Source: Candidatus Hydrogenedentota bacterium (GTDB lineage: Bacteria > Hydrogenedentota > Hydrogenedentia > Hydrogenedentales > GCA-2746185). Taken from it: DNA of 64,000 bases. Location: positions 1-64,000 of the forward strand of contig JAYGCN010000052.1 in NCBI GenBank assembly GCA_046583315.1, read 5' to 3'. How positions within the stretch are numbered: the first letter of the stretch is position 1; each line of letters begins with the position of its first letter. Of the stretch, positions 28,163 to 39,418 are shown piece by piece. The translations under genes and the position numbers were made by a program. A model generated the notes under the pieces. It had not been told where the DNA came from. It saw nothing but the letters and a program-made list of their open reading frames with translations, and did not search any database.

Positions 28163-29572
28163 TTACCCCCTGCCTCGCTCCAGCCGATCCACGATCACCG
28201 CGCCAGCGGCATCGCCCAACACGTTCGTGGAGGTGCGGAACATGTCTAGCAGACGGTCTACGGCGTAGATGATGACGATGTAGTGTACGGGTAGGCCGAC
28301 GGCTGTGGCGACGATGGCCATGGTGATGAGTCCTGCGCTTGGGATGGCTGCGGCGCCGATGGACGCGAGCACAGCGGTGATGAAGATGACCATGGTTTTG
28401 CCGAAGGTGAGGGTGATGGGCACGTCGTCGAGTCCGCCGAAGAGTTGGATGAGGAAGATGATGGCGACCCCTTCGTAAAGGGCCGTGCCGTCCATGTTCA
28501 CCGTGGCGCCGACGGGCAAGGTGAAGCGGGAGATTTTTTCCTGTACCTTCAAATTTTCAGTGGTGCAGTGGATCGTGACCGGGAGCGTGGCCGCAGAGGA
28601 GGCCGTGCTGAATGCGATGAGCCAGGCATCCTGGATTCCCTTGACGAATTCGAGCGGCGATTTCTTGCCGATGACCGAGACGATGGTCAACAGGAATGCT
28701 ACGTGCAAAGCAAGTCCGCCGATGACCGCGACACAGTACCACGCCAGCGACTGGAGTGCATCGACTCCCAGCGTGGCCACGAGCGAGAGCATAATGGCGA
28801 AGATGCTGATGGGCGCAAGCAGCATAATCCAGAGCGTGATTTTCATCATGATTTTGTTGAAGGCGTCGAAGAATACAACCACGGGCTTAGCCTGATCGCC
28901 GAGCATGACGCAGCAAACGCCCACCAACAGCGCGAAAAAGATCACGCCGAGCGCGTTGGGAGGATTCTTTGATAATGATGTAAAGGGATTGGTGAGTATG
29001 GGACGCAGAATTTCCTCGCGCATCATGTCGGCGGGTCCGCGATCCTCGTTGGCCTGAATGCGCGACCAGTTTGTGCTGAATCCTCCCGCGCCAAGGTCTT
29101 CGCCTTCTTTCGACGCGATGAATGCCCGGTACTGTCCCGCGTTATCTGCAGCGAGGGGATCGAGATCCATTTCGGATTCGAACTCTGCTCGGTACTCATT
29201 GAGCACCGCTTCGCGATTGTCGCGTACGGCCTGTGAAGAATCTTTTTTACCCGGTTGAATTGCCAGTACGGCAACAACACCGATCAACACCGCGACGGCA
29301 GTCGTCGTGCCGTAATACACCAAGGTTTTTACGCCGATACTGCCCAGCTCACCCGCGTTCGGCAAGGTCGCGATGCCTGAAATGATGGATGCGAAAATCA
29401 ACGGCGCGATAATCATCTTGAGCGCGCCCACGAAGATATCCTTGCCAATCAGGTCCGCGATCCAAATGACATTCACGAACCAGCCGGCGTCTTCGTCTCC
29501 GGTCGCGTGCATGATCAAGCCGATCACCACGCCCAAGACCATTGCTATCAGTATCTTCGTGTGCAGTTTCAT
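28163..29572 (-). CDS. Dicarboxylate/amino acid:cation symporter (DAACS family)
   Basis: LKMIIAPLIF, FSTASSAATLP, GATVNMDGTALYE, DRLLDMFRTSTNVLGD. Confidence 0.92.
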   Translation of the reverse strand: MKLHTKILIAMVLGVVIGLIMHATGDEDAGWFVNVIWIADLIGKDIFVGALKMIIAPLIFASIISGIATLPNAGELGSIGVKTLVYYGTTTAVAVLIGVVAVLAIQPGKKDSSQAVRDNREAVLNEYRAEFESEMDLDPLAADNAGQYRAFIASKEGEDLGAGGFSTNWSRIQANEDRGPADMMREEILRPILTNPFTSLSKNPPNALGVIFFALLVGVCCVMLGDQAKPVVVFFDAFNKIMMKITLWIMLLAPISIFAIMLSLVATLGVDALQSLAWYCVAVIGGLALHVAFLLTIVSVIGKKSPLEFVKGIQDAWLIAFSTASSAATLPVTIHCTTENLKVQEKISRFTLPVGATVNMDGTALYEGVAIIFLIQLFGGLDDVPITLTFGKTMVIFITAVLASIGAAAIPSAGLITMAIVATAVGLPVHYIVIIYAVDRLLDMFRTSTNVLGDAAGAVIVDRLERGRG

Positions 29573-29654
29573 GGGAGCTCCCGTTATATTGATTGGTTAT
29601 AAATGTACTGGGAACCGCTCGGCGGATCAACTTCAGGCACAACTGCATGTATCA

Positions 29655-29750
29655 TGCAGAGTCGCAGAGCTCGCAGAGGAGGGCATAACTGCATGTGTCC
29701 ACCGATGACACAGATTCGAACGAATTATTGAGGTAGTAGAGACTAACGAA
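29655..29750 (-). repeat. Short tandem repeat cluster (CTCTGCG / ATCTGTG type) just downstream of lpxK
   Basis: Minus strand: ATTCGTTCGAATCTGTGTCATCGGTGG and CTCTGCGAGCTCTGCGACTCTGC. Confidence 0.6.
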
Positions 29751-30725
29751 TTAGTGATCGTGCAATTCTATTGTTAATGAGTACAAGTTTGGCGTAGGAA
29801 CAGTCAACCGCACAGCGTCCTTCTCGGTGATGATGGTCGGGTCGTGGGTGAGGGCGCTCTCCGGGAGTGGAGCGTGGTCGGGGGCGGTGATGAGTTCGGT
29901 GACGTTCATGCCGAGGTTGGACAGTGTTTGGTGGAAGGCTTCCGGGTTTCCGATGGCGCAGGCCGCTACAACATCTTGTCCTTCGAAATGGTCGAGGGGT
30001 AATTTCTCTCCGGTCGCGAGATTGACGAGCGCAGTTGGGGCATGTTGGGTCCATTCGACGGGGCAGTCGGGGTGTATTTTCCGGATAGCGCCGCGAATGA
30101 GGTCGAGTTGATCCGATTGATCGCAGCGGGTGACGAGGATGCGTGTGGCACGGGTCATGGCGGCAACGGGTTCGCGAAGGAATCCGCGCGGGAGTAGGTG
30201 TCCATTGCCGAAGGGGTTGCAGGCGTCGATGAGCAGGATGTTTTCGTCGCGATGGAGCGGGAGGTATTGATATCCGTCATCCAGGATGAGCACATCGCAT
30301 TGATATTCGTCGACAGCAATTTGCGCGGCATGTACGCGGTTTTTTGATTTGAAGATGATGGCTTCGGGACAGTGGCGCAGGATTACCGCGGGTTCGTCGC
30401 CGAGTTTGGCGCAATGTTCCGCTGGTTCGATGTCAGCGGATACGACGAGTTTTTCTGTTGAGGCGGTGCCATACCCGCGTGTGAGGATGCCGACTTTTTT
30501 TCCCGCCGCGATGTGTTCTCTAGCATAACGGATGACCGCTGGCGTTTTACCGGTGCCGCCGGCCGTGAGATTGCCGATGGAAATGACGTGGGCATCGACG
30601 CGTGTGACGGGTTTGAGGCTTCGCAGAAACATGCCGATGCGTGTGAGGGGTGTTGCGGCGAGGAGTAAGCCGGACAGTGGTATCGGAATGGCTTCGCCCG
30701 TGCGAATGGCATCAGCGATTTTCAT
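29751..30725 (-). CDS. lpxK: Tetraacyldisaccharide 4'-kinase
   Basis: ISIGNLTAGGTGKTP, TRGYG, GDEP, LDDGYQ, LLPRGFLRE, ITEKDAVR. Confidence 0.95.
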   Translation of the reverse strand: MKIADAIRTGEAIPIPLSGLLLAATPLTRIGMFLRSLKPVTRVDAHVISIGNLTAGGTGKTPAVIRYAREHIAAGKKVGILTRGYGTASTEKLVVSADIEPAEHCAKLGDEPAVILRHCPEAIIFKSKNRVHAAQIAVDEYQCDVLILDDGYQYLPLHRDENILLIDACNPFGNGHLLPRGFLREPVAAMTRATRILVTRCDQSDQLDLIRGAIRKIHPDCPVEWTQHAPTALVNLATGEKLPLDHFEGQDVVAACAIGNPEAFHQTLSNLGMNVTELITAPDHAPLPESALTHDPTIITEKDAVRLTVPTPNLYSLTIELHDH

Positions 30726-30731
30726 GCCAGC

Positions 30732-31901
30732 TTAACGGGGCGCAAATCGTTTGCCGCTGAACTGGCGGATTTGACCTTTGAGTTCGAGCATGGTGAGCGC
30801 GCTTAAGGCTTCTGCAACGGTCATGCGACAGGCTGCCGCGATTTCATCGACGAACGAACCATCGGGGGACAATACGGAGAGAATATCCTTCTCGGCATGC
30901 GAAACTGCTGCGGATTGTTGAGCAGGCGCGGGTGCCATCACTTTTTGTTGCGTGGCTGGAGTTTGGCGCGACCGTCCTTCTTCGATTTGGGAGGTTGGCA
31001 TGAGAACAGGTTTCACGGCAAGGTCCGGCGGCAGACTCAGCTCGGTCACGATGTCTTCGGCTGACTCAACGAGTTTCGCGCCCTCACGAATCAGCGTGTG
31101 CGGACCTTCGCTGTTGGGATTTCCAATTTCTCCGGGCACGGCAAACACTTCGCGTCCCTGTTCGGTGGCTGTGTGTGCCGTGATGAGCGCGCCGCTGCGT
31201 TTGGGTGCCTGCACGACGACCGTGCCGAGGGTCATGCCACTGATGATGCGATTGCGAATGGGGAAATGCGTGCGGGAGGGCGGCGCGTCCATCGCAAACT
31301 GTGACAAGACGCATCCTTGACGCGTGATGGCGTCCATGAGGTCCACGTTCTGTTTCGGGTAGACCAGGTTCACACCGCATCCGAGAACCGCGATGGTGCG
31401 ACCACCCGCGTCGAGTGCGCCCCGGTGTGCTGCGGTGTCCACGCCATTGGCCATGCCGCTGACGACGGTGAGCCCTCGGTTGGCGAGTTCACGCCCCAGT
31501 TTTTCGGCCATGCGCAGTCCGTAAGGTGATGCCTTGCGTGTGCCGACGATGGCTACGGCATACTTGTCGCGTTCGTGAATCTCGCCGCGACAAAATAGTG
31601 CGAGTGGGGGATCGTATATTTCGCCCAGGGAAAGGGGATACTCTGGATCGTCCAGCGTGACCAGATTGACCTGATAATCTTTCATCAATTCAAGCTGACG
31701 ACCCAGATCGACGACCTCGGCATATTGTGTGATGCGTTGCGCCAATTTTTCCCCGACGACCTCGTTGAGCGCAGGCACTGACGCATTCAAAATATCCGTC
31801 GGCGTTCGAAACCGTGCCAGCAAACGAATAAACTGCGTCGTCCCAATGCCGGGAATCAATGCCAGCGTCAGCCAGTCCCGTTTATTCTTCGATTCATCCA
31901 T
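30732..31901 (-). CDS. dprA: DNA-processing protein DprA
   Basis: AIVGTRKASPYG, VSGMANGVDTAAH, FPIRNRIISG, SGALITA, C-terminal winged helix. Confidence 0.95.
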   Translation of the reverse strand: MDESKNKRDWLTLALIPGIGTTQFIRLLARFRTPTDILNASVPALNEVVGEKLAQRITQYAEVVDLGRQLELMKDYQVNLVTLDDPEYPLSLGEIYDPPLALFCRGEIHERDKYAVAIVGTRKASPYGLRMAEKLGRELANRGLTVVSGMANGVDTAAHRGALDAGGRTIAVLGCGVNLVYPKQNVDLMDAITRQGCVLSQFAMDAPPSRTHFPIRNRIISGMTLGTVVVQAPKRSGALITAHTATEQGREVFAVPGEIGNPNSEGPHTLIREGAKLVESAEDIVTELSLPPDLAVKPVLMPTSQIEEGRSRQTPATQQKVMAPAPAQQSAAVSHAEKDILSVLSPDGSFVDEIAAACRMTVAEALSALTMLELKGQIRQFSGKRFAPR

Positions 31902-32118
31902 GAATGCACTATAACAAGTGGGGAGGCGTGATTCCAGATGCACTTCATTCGACGTAGGCATCGGTCGATTGGCAAACACGACCGACGGCGTCGAGCAATT
32001 CAAGAGTCACCAAAATCGTGTGAATTGTACGTAATAAAAACCTGTTGTGTGGTTGATTGAACTTTGTTAGACTTCAGATCACGTTGTTAATTTTGGTTTA
32101 CACGGAGTTCGGGTGTAC

Positions 32119-34533
32119 ATGGTAGTAGATGAGATATTGGGTCGGGTCGCGCTGGATGTATCGATCGATAAAGAGAAGGTCGCCAAAACGATTGAATTGC
32201 TGAACGCGGGTTCGACAATCCCTTTCATTGCCCGGTATCGCAAAGATGTCACGGGGCAGCTAAACGAGGTTCAGCTGGAAGCCATTTCTGAGCGGAACCA
32301 GTACTTCATCTCCATGCAGCAACGTAGGGACTCGATTCTGGAGACGATTCGTAAGCAGGAAAAACTCACGCCGGAGTTGGAGAAAAGGATTCTCGCCTGC
32401 TGGGACAAGAACGCTCTGGAAGATCTCTATCTGCCGTACAAGAGGCAACGCCGCACGAAGGCGACGGTTGCGCGTGAGCAGGGTCTGGAACCGCTTGCCG
32501 ATTTTCTGTTTAACCAGGTCGAGGGTGAGGTTGCAATTGATGCCTTTGCGGAAAGCTTCGTAAATCCGGCGAAGGAAGTCCCGTCCATTGAGGGTGCGCT
32601 GGAAGGCGCACGTTTTATTCTCGCGGAGCGCATTTCCATAGACTTTGGGATTCGCGCCTATGTGCGTGATCGGATGATGGAAGAAAGTCGTCTTGCGGCG
32701 CATTCCACAAAACTTTCCGACGGCAAGAAGACGAAGTATTCTTCGTACTACGAATTCAACGAGGTCTTGAAGAATGTTGTTTCGCATCGTATGCTGGCGA
32801 TTCTGCGGGGAGTCAAAGAGGCTTTGCTCCGAATGGAAGTGGTGCTGGATGATGAATCGATTCAACAGGGTATTGTCGGGAAGGTAGTGCAGGATGCCTC
32901 ATCGGAATATGCGACACATCTTATTCAGGCGATAGACGATTCGTATAAGCGACTGATTCTGCCTTCGATAGAAAATGAAGTCATCGGTATTGCCCGAAAG
33001 AAAGCGGACGATCACGCGATCAAGGTTTTTCGTGACAACGCGTACAAGTTGTTGTTGGCAGCACCGGCAGGACGCATCGCGGTCATCGGTCTTGATCCAG
33101 GATTGCGCACCGGATGCAAACTGGCTGTGATTGACACGATGGGCAACTACGTAGAAAGCGATACGATACATCTTCAGGCTTCCGAAGAAGCGCGCCAGGA
33201 CGCACGCTCGACGTTGGTTGCCTTGATGAAGAATCATAAAGCGATGGCCATCGCGATTGGAAACGGAACTGGATCGCGGGAGGCGCATACCTTCGTTAAA
33301 GTAGTTATTGCGTCGGAGCCCGAAATCAGTGAGGGCTTCTGCGTACTCGTGAATGAGGCGGGTGCTTCAATTTATTCAGCATCCAAAATTGCGCGCGAGG
33401 AGTTCCCCGATCTGGATGTGACCATACGCGGGGCCATTTCCATTGCCCGGCGACTACAGGATCCGCTGGCGGAGTTGGTGAAAATTGAACCCCGTAGCGT
33501 TGGCGTTGGTCAATACCAACATGATGTCAATCAAAAAATTCTGCGCGAGGGCTTGCATCGCACCGTGGTCTCCTGCGTGAACAAGGTCGGTGTGGATCTT
33601 AACACGGCATCGGTTCCGTTGCTGCGGTATGTCAGCGGCGTGCAATACGGGACCGCTCAGCATATCGTCGCCCGTCGTAATGAGATCGGCGGATTCAAGA
33701 ATCGACAGCAGTTGCTGGACGTAGACGGCATCGGGCCCAAAGTATTTGAACAGTGTGCGGGATTTTTGCGCATTCATGACGAAGAAAATGCATTGGATTC
33801 CACAGCGATTCATCCTGAATCCTATGATGTTGTCGAAGCTATGGCCACAGCGCTGAACTCGACTTCAAAAGAACTCATCGGAAATACCGAACTTCTCAAA
33901 AAGCTCGAACTTGAACAGTTTAATTCCGACTCCATTGGCACCTTGACCCTCAAAGATATTGTCAACGAGCTGCGCAAGCCGAGTCGGGACCCGCGTAAGA
34001 AATTCGAGGTCCCCGAGTTTATCGAAGGCGTGGAGTCGATAAAAGACCTTAACCTGGATATGGAACTTCAAGGAGTGGTGACCAACGTCACAGATTTCGG
34101 AGCCTTCGTGGATGTCGGTGTCCATCAAGACGGCCTTGTGCATTTGTCCGAAATGGCCAATCGATTCGTTCGCGACCCATTGGAAGTTGTTGGCGTGGGG
34201 GATATCGTGCGCGTCAAGGTGATCGGGATCGATGTCGAAATGCCGCGCATCTCACTGTCCATCAAAGCACTACTTCCGCCTCCGGCACAAAAGGCGCATC
34301 GTCGTAGAGCGGCTGCGTCCGACAAGAAGTCCGATGGCGATAAAGCCAGGCGCGAGCGTCCGGTTCATGCTAAGGGTAAAGCTAAGGGCAAACCTGCCAG
34401 GTCAAAGGACACGCGCCGTTCTGGAAAGAAGCAGGGCAGGCCCAAACAGACCCAACCGGCTACCAGTACCGAAGGGATGAACACCCAATTGGCCGATCAA
34501 TTGGCCAGTTTGAAGGCTCGTTTCAACGATTAG
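32119..34533 (+). CDS. tex: Tex-family RNA-binding transcription accessory protein
   Basis: TIPFIARYRK, DPGLRTGCK, NEAGASIYSAS, GVGQYQHDV, S1 domain FGAFVDVGVHQDGLVHLS. Confidence 0.93.
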   Translation: MVVDEILGRVALDVSIDKEKVAKTIELLNAGSTIPFIARYRKDVTGQLNEVQLEAISERNQYFISMQQRRDSILETIRKQEKLTPELEKRILACWDKNALEDLYLPYKRQRRTKATVAREQGLEPLADFLFNQVEGEVAIDAFAESFVNPAKEVPSIEGALEGARFILAERISIDFGIRAYVRDRMMEESRLAAHSTKLSDGKKTKYSSYYEFNEVLKNVVSHRMLAILRGVKEALLRMEVVLDDESIQQGIVGKVVQDASSEYATHLIQAIDDSYKRLILPSIENEVIGIARKKADDHAIKVFRDNAYKLLLAAPAGRIAVIGLDPGLRTGCKLAVIDTMGNYVESDTIHLQASEEARQDARSTLVALMKNHKAMAIAIGNGTGSREAHTFVKVVIASEPEISEGFCVLVNEAGASIYSASKIAREEFPDLDVTIRGAISIARRLQDPLAELVKIEPRSVGVGQYQHDVNQKILREGLHRTVVSCVNKVGVDLNTASVPLLRYVSGVQYGTAQHIVARRNEIGGFKNRQQLLDVDGIGPKVFEQCAGFLRIHDEENALDSTAIHPESYDVVEAMATALNSTSKELIGNTELLKKLELEQFNSDSIGTLTLKDIVNELRKPSRDPRKKFEVPEFIEGVESIKDLNLDMELQGVVTNVTDFGAFVDVGVHQDGLVHLSEMANRFVRDPLEVVGVGDIVRVKVIGIDVEMPRISLSIKALLPPPAQKAHRRRAAASDKKSDGDKARRERPVHAKGKAKGKPARSKDTRRSGKKQGRPKQTQPATSTEGMNTQLADQLASLKARFND

Positions 34534-34603
34534 CAGCCCGTCTGTGTGCTACCGAAGCTCTTCTTCCTCAAACAACTCTAAACCCTTGTCCGTAGGGACT
34601 TTT

Positions 34604-34633
34604 TTGACTTTTCAGCACCCGGCATGATAGATT
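34604..34633 (+). promoter_or_regulatory. Sigma70-like promoter for the ileS operon
   Basis: TTGACT-N18-TAGATT with extended TG. Confidence 0.4.
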
Positions 34634-34695
34634 TTGCTGTTTGATTCTACGCCAATTCTGACGACATAGCAGGCTTTCAGGCCAGATTTCCATTT

Positions 34696-37485
34696 ATGAG
34701 TGAAATTAACTACAAACAGACCGTAAACCTCCCCAAAACTGACTTTCCCATGCGGGCAAACCTGACAAAACGGGAGCCTGAAACGGTCGAACGTTGGGAC
34801 GAGATTGACCTCTACGGAAAGATGCGCGAGCAATCTGCCGGAAAGCCCAAATTCGTGCTCCACGACGGCCCGCCTTATGCGAACGGCGAATTGCACGCGG
34901 GAACGGCCCTGAACAAAATCATCAAAGATATCGTCGTAAAATCCAAGCAGATGGCCGGGTTTGATGCGCCGTATGTGCCGGGCTGGGATTGTCACGGATT
35001 GCCGATTGAGTATAGAGTGCTCAGCGAACTCGGCGACGAGGCGAAAACACTCAGCCAGGTAGATATTCGTCGTAAATGCCGCGAGTTCGCCCTGAAATAC
35101 GTCGAGCTGCATCGCGAAGGTTTCAAGCGCCTGCTGGTTATGGGTGATTGGGCGAATCCCTATTTGACCCTCAATCCCGATTATGTAGCGACTGGTATTC
35201 GCGTGTTTTCCGAAATGTACCGCACTGGCGGGATCTACAAAGGCCTGAAACCCATCTACTGGTGCTCCCATTGCCAGACGGCACTTGCCGAAGCCGAAGT
35301 GGAATATGGCGACCACACTTCGCCGAGCATCTACGTCAAATTCAAGGCCGTGGATGAGGTGCCTGGATTGGATGGCGATGTGTCATTCGTCATTTGGACG
35401 ACGACTCCGTGGACCCTGGCCGCGAACTTGGCGATTTCGTTGCACCCTGATTTCAAATACAGCGCCATCAAGGCCAACGGCGAGACGCTTATCATGGCGA
35501 CGGATTTGGCCGCGAAGGCCATGACCGCATGCGGCATCAGCGATTATGAAACAATCAAAAAATTCAACGGCTCAGAACTCGAAGGCCTGAAGTACCAGCA
35601 TGTGCAGTTTGAAGACCGGATTTGTCCCATCATTTTGGGTGACCATGTTACGCTTGAGGCCGGTACGGGTTGTGTACACACGGCTCCGGGTCATGGACAG
35701 GAAGATTACGTTGTCGGCGCGCGTTACGGCATTGAGCCGCTTTCGCCAGTGGATGCCGAAGGTTGTTATACGGCTGATGCGGGTAAATACGAAGGCTTGC
35801 ATGTATTCAAGGCCAACGATGTTGTTATAGAGGATTTGACCGCATCCGGGCATCTGCTGCATACCGAAAAAATCATTCACAGCTACCCTCACTGCTGGCG
35901 TTGTTCCACCCCGGTCATCTATCGGGCGACTCCCCAGTGGTTTGTCTCCATGAGCGAGAATGATTTACGCGGCAACGCCAGCGCAGCGGTTGATTCGGTC
36001 CAATGGATTCCCGCTTGGGGCAAAGAACGCATCCGTTCCATGATTGAGCAGCGCCCTGACTGGTGTATCAGTCGCCAACGCTCATGGGGCGTGCCGATTC
36101 CCATTCTGTACTGTGCGGATTGCGGTGAGGTTCATGCGACGGACGGTGCATTCAAGAAAATTGAAGAGACGGCATTGTCCGCGATCGACGGAATTGATCG
36201 CTGGTTTGATCAGGATGCTTCGACCTTTGTGCCCGAGGGTGAGACCTGTGCCAAATGCGGCAGTGCGAATTTTACCAAAGAAACCGATATTCTCGATGTG
36301 TGGTTTGATTCTGGTGTGAGTAACCGGGCCGTCGTCGAAAAGCATCCCGATCTCACCTGGCCCGCGGATATGTATTTGGAAGGCAGCGATCAACACAGGG
36401 GATGGTTCCAGTCCTCTCTGTTGCCGGCGATTGCCGTTAAAGGTCAGCCGCCTTACAAAACGGTTGTGACCCACGGTTATGTTGTAGACGGGACAGGGAA
36501 GAAACTTTCGAAGAGTCTTGGCAACTTTATGGAGCTACCCAAGTTACTGAAGAAAGTAGGTGCCGAAGTGGTTCGCCTTTGGGTGGCCGGTGAGAATTAC
36601 CAACAGGACATTCGTTTGTCCGACGAGATTCTGACGCAAATGCAGGATGCCTACCGTCGCATTCGCAACACGCTACGCTATCCGCTTAGCAACCTATACG
36701 ATTTCGACGCTTCCATGGCCATACCTTTCGAAGAACTCGTAGAGGTTGACCAGTGGGCATTGTCCCGCATGCAGGACCTGCGCGAACGCGTCTTGAAATC
36801 CTACGCCGACTATGAATTTCATCAGGTCTACCACAGTATCGTAAATTTCTCCTCGACCGAGTTGAGTTCATTTTACTTTGACATTCTTAAAGATCGGCTG
36901 TATACATTTGCGGTCGATTCCAAAGAGCGTCGATCGGCACAGACCGCGCTCGCAGCCATTCTGGTGGACTTGCTCAAGCTGTTGGCCCCCATCCTTTCGC
37001 ACACCTGCGATGAAGCGTGGCAGGAATTGCCGGAAGGGTACAAAGATGCGGACAGTGTGCATCTTGCGGGATTCCCCGAAGCTCATGCGAATTATGCGCT
37101 TTCTCCGGAAGCTGTGGTCCACTGGGGCGAGCTTTTGCGTCTGCGCGGCATTGTCTCCAAGGCACTTGAAGAAATGCGGCGTAACAAGGAAATCGGTTCC
37201 TCGCTCGAAGCGGCGGTTACCCTTACGCCTGGAACCGAAGCGGTTGAAAAGACATTAAAACAGTATGAAGCGAATTTGGAATCGATATTTATTGTTTCAA
37301 ATTGTACGGTGGCGGCTCTTGATGAGAGTGGCGCAACCGGTGAAGATAAATTAGCAGTAACGGCGACGAAAGCGGACGGTGAAAAATGTGCGCGTTGCTG
37401 GAATTTTAGAAAAAGTGTAGGAACGAATGAAACACACCCGACGATTTGCGAACGGTGTGTTGAACAACTGGGAGTGACAGCATGA
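34696..37485 (+). CDS. ileS: Isoleucine--tRNA ligase (type 1)
   Basis: [49 protein letters not shown]-terminal CARCW..CERC zinc finger. Confidence 0.97.
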   Translation: MSEINYKQTVNLPKTDFPMRANLTKREPETVERWDEIDLYGKMREQSAGKPKFVLHDGPPYANGELHAGTALNKIIKDIVVKSKQMAGFDAPYVPGWDCHGLPIEYRVLSELGDEAKTLSQVDIRRKCREFALKYVELHREGFKRLLVMGDWANPYLTLNPDYVATGIRVFSEMYRTGGIYKGLKPIYWCSHCQTALAEAEVEYGDHTSPSIYVKFKAVDEVPGLDGDVSFVIWTTTPWTLAANLAISLHPDFKYSAIKANGETLIMATDLAAKAMTACGISDYETIKKFNGSELEGLKYQHVQFEDRICPIILGDHVTLEAGTGCVHTAPGHGQEDYVVGARYGIEPLSPVDAEGCYTADAGKYEGLHVFKANDVVIEDLTASGHLLHTEKIIHSYPHCWRCSTPVIYRATPQWFVSMSENDLRGNASAAVDSVQWIPAWGKERIRSMIEQRPDWCISRQRSWGVPIPILYCADCGEVHATDGAFKKIEETALSAIDGIDRWFDQDASTFVPEGETCAKCGSANFTKETDILDVWFDSGVSNRAVVEKHPDLTWPADMYLEGSDQHRGWFQSSLLPAIAVKGQPPYKTVVTHGYVVDGTGKKLSKSLGNFMELPKLLKKVGAEVVRLWVAGENYQQDIRLSDEILTQMQDAYRRIRNTLRYPLSNLYDFDASMAIPFEELVEVDQWALSRMQDLRERVLKSYADYEFHQVYHSIVNFSSTELSSFYFDILKDRLYTFAVDSKERRSAQTALAAILVDLLKLLAPILSHTCDEAWQELPEGYKDADSVHLAGFPEAHANYALSPEAVVHWGELLRLRGIVSKALEEMRRNKEIGSSLEAAVTLTPGTEAVEKTLKQYEANLESIFIVSNCTVAALDESGATGEDKLAVTATKADGEKCARCWNFRKSVGTNETHPTICERCVEQLGVTA

Positions 37486-37856
37486 ACAAACGTGAGTTAG
37501 GAAAATTCAAGAAACTGCTTCTCGCCGAAGGGCAACACTTCAACGAAGGGATCAAAACAATCGAACGCGATACCCTCGAAAGCACCAACGGCGACAAGAG
37601 CGGCGACTTCAGTAGCTTTGCCGATGCGGGTACAGACAACAACGATCGTGAAACGGCATTGCGTCTGGCGAGCGGCGAGACGCAGATGTTGAACGCCGTT
37701 GCCGACGCCCTGCAGCGAATTGACGACGGAACCTATGGCAAATGCGTCGACTGCGATGGCAAGATTCCAGTGAAACGTCTCGAAGTATTTCCGGCAGCAA
37801 AACGATGCATTCAGTGCAAAGAAATCCTGGAGAAAGAGCAAGAGGGATATGCATAG
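37482..37856 (+). CDS. TraR/DksA C4-type zinc finger protein
   Basis: Coiled coil plus GTYGKCVDC...RL...CIQC. Confidence 0.88.
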   Translation: MNKRELGKFKKLLLAEGQHFNEGIKTIERDTLESTNGDKSGDFSSFADAGTDNNDRETALRLASGETQMLNAVADALQRIDDGTYGKCVDCDGKIPVKRLEVFPAAKRCIQCKEILEKEQEGYA

Positions 37857-37883
37857 CATTTCCAAGCAGGCCTGCTGATAGCC

Positions 37884-38405
37884 ATGGTCACGCGCAAACA
37901 GCAATTTTTATGGATAGGGGGAGTCTTGGGATTCGTTCTGGGGCTCGACCAAATTCTCAAAGCCTGGATCGTCCGTACGATTGAACCGCACGCGCCGTAT
38001 CGCGGCGATGTGTTTTTTCACTTCACCCACCAGCGCAATACTGGGCTGATGGGCGGGTCATTCAGCGATATTCCGCTCGTGGCCTATATCGCGCCCGTGA
38101 TCGCGTTTTTTGTGCTGATCTACATGTATCGGCAGTTGTCACCGGAATCCCGCGTGCAATCGATTGCCTATGGCATGATTTTGGGCGGTGCATTGGGGAA
38201 TTTCATTGATCGAATTCGCCTAGGCGCGGTCACCGATTTCTTTCAGTTTCATTTCCTCTTCATCCCGTTCGATTTCCCGTGGAAATATTACCCCGCGTTC
38301 AATATTGCGGATTCCGGGATCATCTGCGGTGTGATATTGCTATTTTTTACGCTAAACACGGCCGGAACACCGGAAGAAACGACACCCGAAGAAAATGTTT
38401 CCTGA
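37884..38405 (+). CDS. lspA: Signal peptidase II
   Basis: LDQILK, NTG, GGALGNFIDR, VTDF, FNIAD. Confidence 0.93.
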   Translation: MVTRKQQFLWIGGVLGFVLGLDQILKAWIVRTIEPHAPYRGDVFFHFTHQRNTGLMGGSFSDIPLVAYIAPVIAFFVLIYMYRQLSPESRVQSIAYGMILGGALGNFIDRIRLGAVTDFFQFHFLFIPFDFPWKYYPAFNIADSGIICGVILLFFTLNTAGTPEETTPEENVS

Positions 38406-39252
38406 ACTATTTAGAATAGGCCCTGTGCCGCTCCATTCTTACGGCTTTATGATTGCCGTGGGTTTTCTTTCGGTACTCTATTTCATTCAACGGGATGCCG
38501 AGCGCGAGGGTTTTGACCCCAAACTCTTCGCCGATTTGGCCTTTGTTGTGCTTCCACTGGGACTTCTGGGTACTCGCTTGGCCCATATTTTCATGTTCCC
38601 CAAGTATTATTCCCTCTCTGACCCTATCGGCTGGATAGCCGTGTGGAACGGTGGTCTGGTGTTTCAGGGAGGGCCGCCTCTGGCCATCGCGTATGGGTAT
38701 TGGTTTTTCCGCAAGAAAGGAATCCCCTTTTGGAACGGAATCGACATCATTTTTCCATATGTGGCGCTGGGACACGGGATTGGCCGCATTGGCTGTTTTC
38801 TCAAAGGATGCTGCTACGGTGCCCTAACGGACGTGCCCTGGGCGACCTCGTTTCCACGAATTCTTGACCCGGATTCCAACAATATCACCGGAAGTCCGGC
38901 GTTCTTGAGCCATTTTCGGGACTTTTCCGATATTACCGTGGAATCGACCCATGCGCACGCGATTCATCCTACACAACTGTATAGTTTCGTTGGGCTTATG
39001 TGTATTCTGGGAATCATGTTGAGCCTTCGCAAGTGGTGGAATCCATACACGGGCTTTACCTTCCCGATGTACTTCATCATCTACGGATCATTCCGTTTCG
39101 GACTCGAGTTTTTGCGCGGTGATCATAACCCGGTTCACGCTTTCGGACTCTCCGATCAGCAACTGTTCAGTCTCGGTGGTGTCGTGATTGGCATTGTTTT
39201 CTTCTTCGTTCTCGGCCGCTACCAGAAGAATCAGGACTCCAAAGCCGCCTAG
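38395..39252 (+). CDS. lgt: Prolipoprotein diacylglyceryl transferase
   Basis: YGFMIA, GGLVFQGG, GRIGCFLKGCCYG, HPTQLY, RFGLEFLR. Confidence 0.93.
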   Translation: MFPELFRIGPVPLHSYGFMIAVGFLSVLYFIQRDAEREGFDPKLFADLAFVVLPLGLLGTRLAHIFMFPKYYSLSDPIGWIAVWNGGLVFQGGPPLAIAYGYWFFRKKGIPFWNGIDIIFPYVALGHGIGRIGCFLKGCCYGALTDVPWATSFPRILDPDSNNITGSPAFLSHFRDFSDITVESTHAHAIHPTQLYSFVGLMCILGIMLSLRKWWNPYTGFTFPMYFIIYGSFRFGLEFLRGDHNPVHAFGLSDQQLFSLGGVVIGIVFFFVLGRYQKNQDSKAA

Positions 39253-39311
39253 TGCCTCGAATCAGCTCAGTCTTCTAACTTGACGATATCAGGCAAGTTG
39301 CAATACATCTT

Positions 39312-39388
39312 CGTTTCGAACGAAACGCCCTGGGATCAGAATTGTTTCGCGTGAAACGCTTGACAAAACCCTGTTTAAGTTCTACATT
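39312..39388 (+). promoter_or_regulatory. Two 16-bp GTTTC-N4-GAAAC palindromes and a sigma70 promoter upstream of the V4R regulator
   Basis: CGTTTCGAACGAAACG (39312-39327), TGTTTCGCGTGAAACG (39343-39358), TTGACA-N17-TACATT (39360-39388). Confidence 0.65.
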
Positions 39389-39418
39389 CCGATTCGGGGA
39401 ACAAGCAGGGGACATCGT

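Noticed and set aside
34534..34695. T-box leader before ileS
   Set aside because: No T-box consensus or terminator; region too short.
34612..35316. 234-aa minus-strand ORF
   Set aside because: Antisense to ileS.
39343..39358. parS site (TGTTTCGCGTGAAACG resembles TGTTTCACGTGAAACA)
   Set aside because: Two mismatches, no origin-type genes in the window, and its pairing with a second palindrome at a regulator promoter fits an operator better; not fully excluded.
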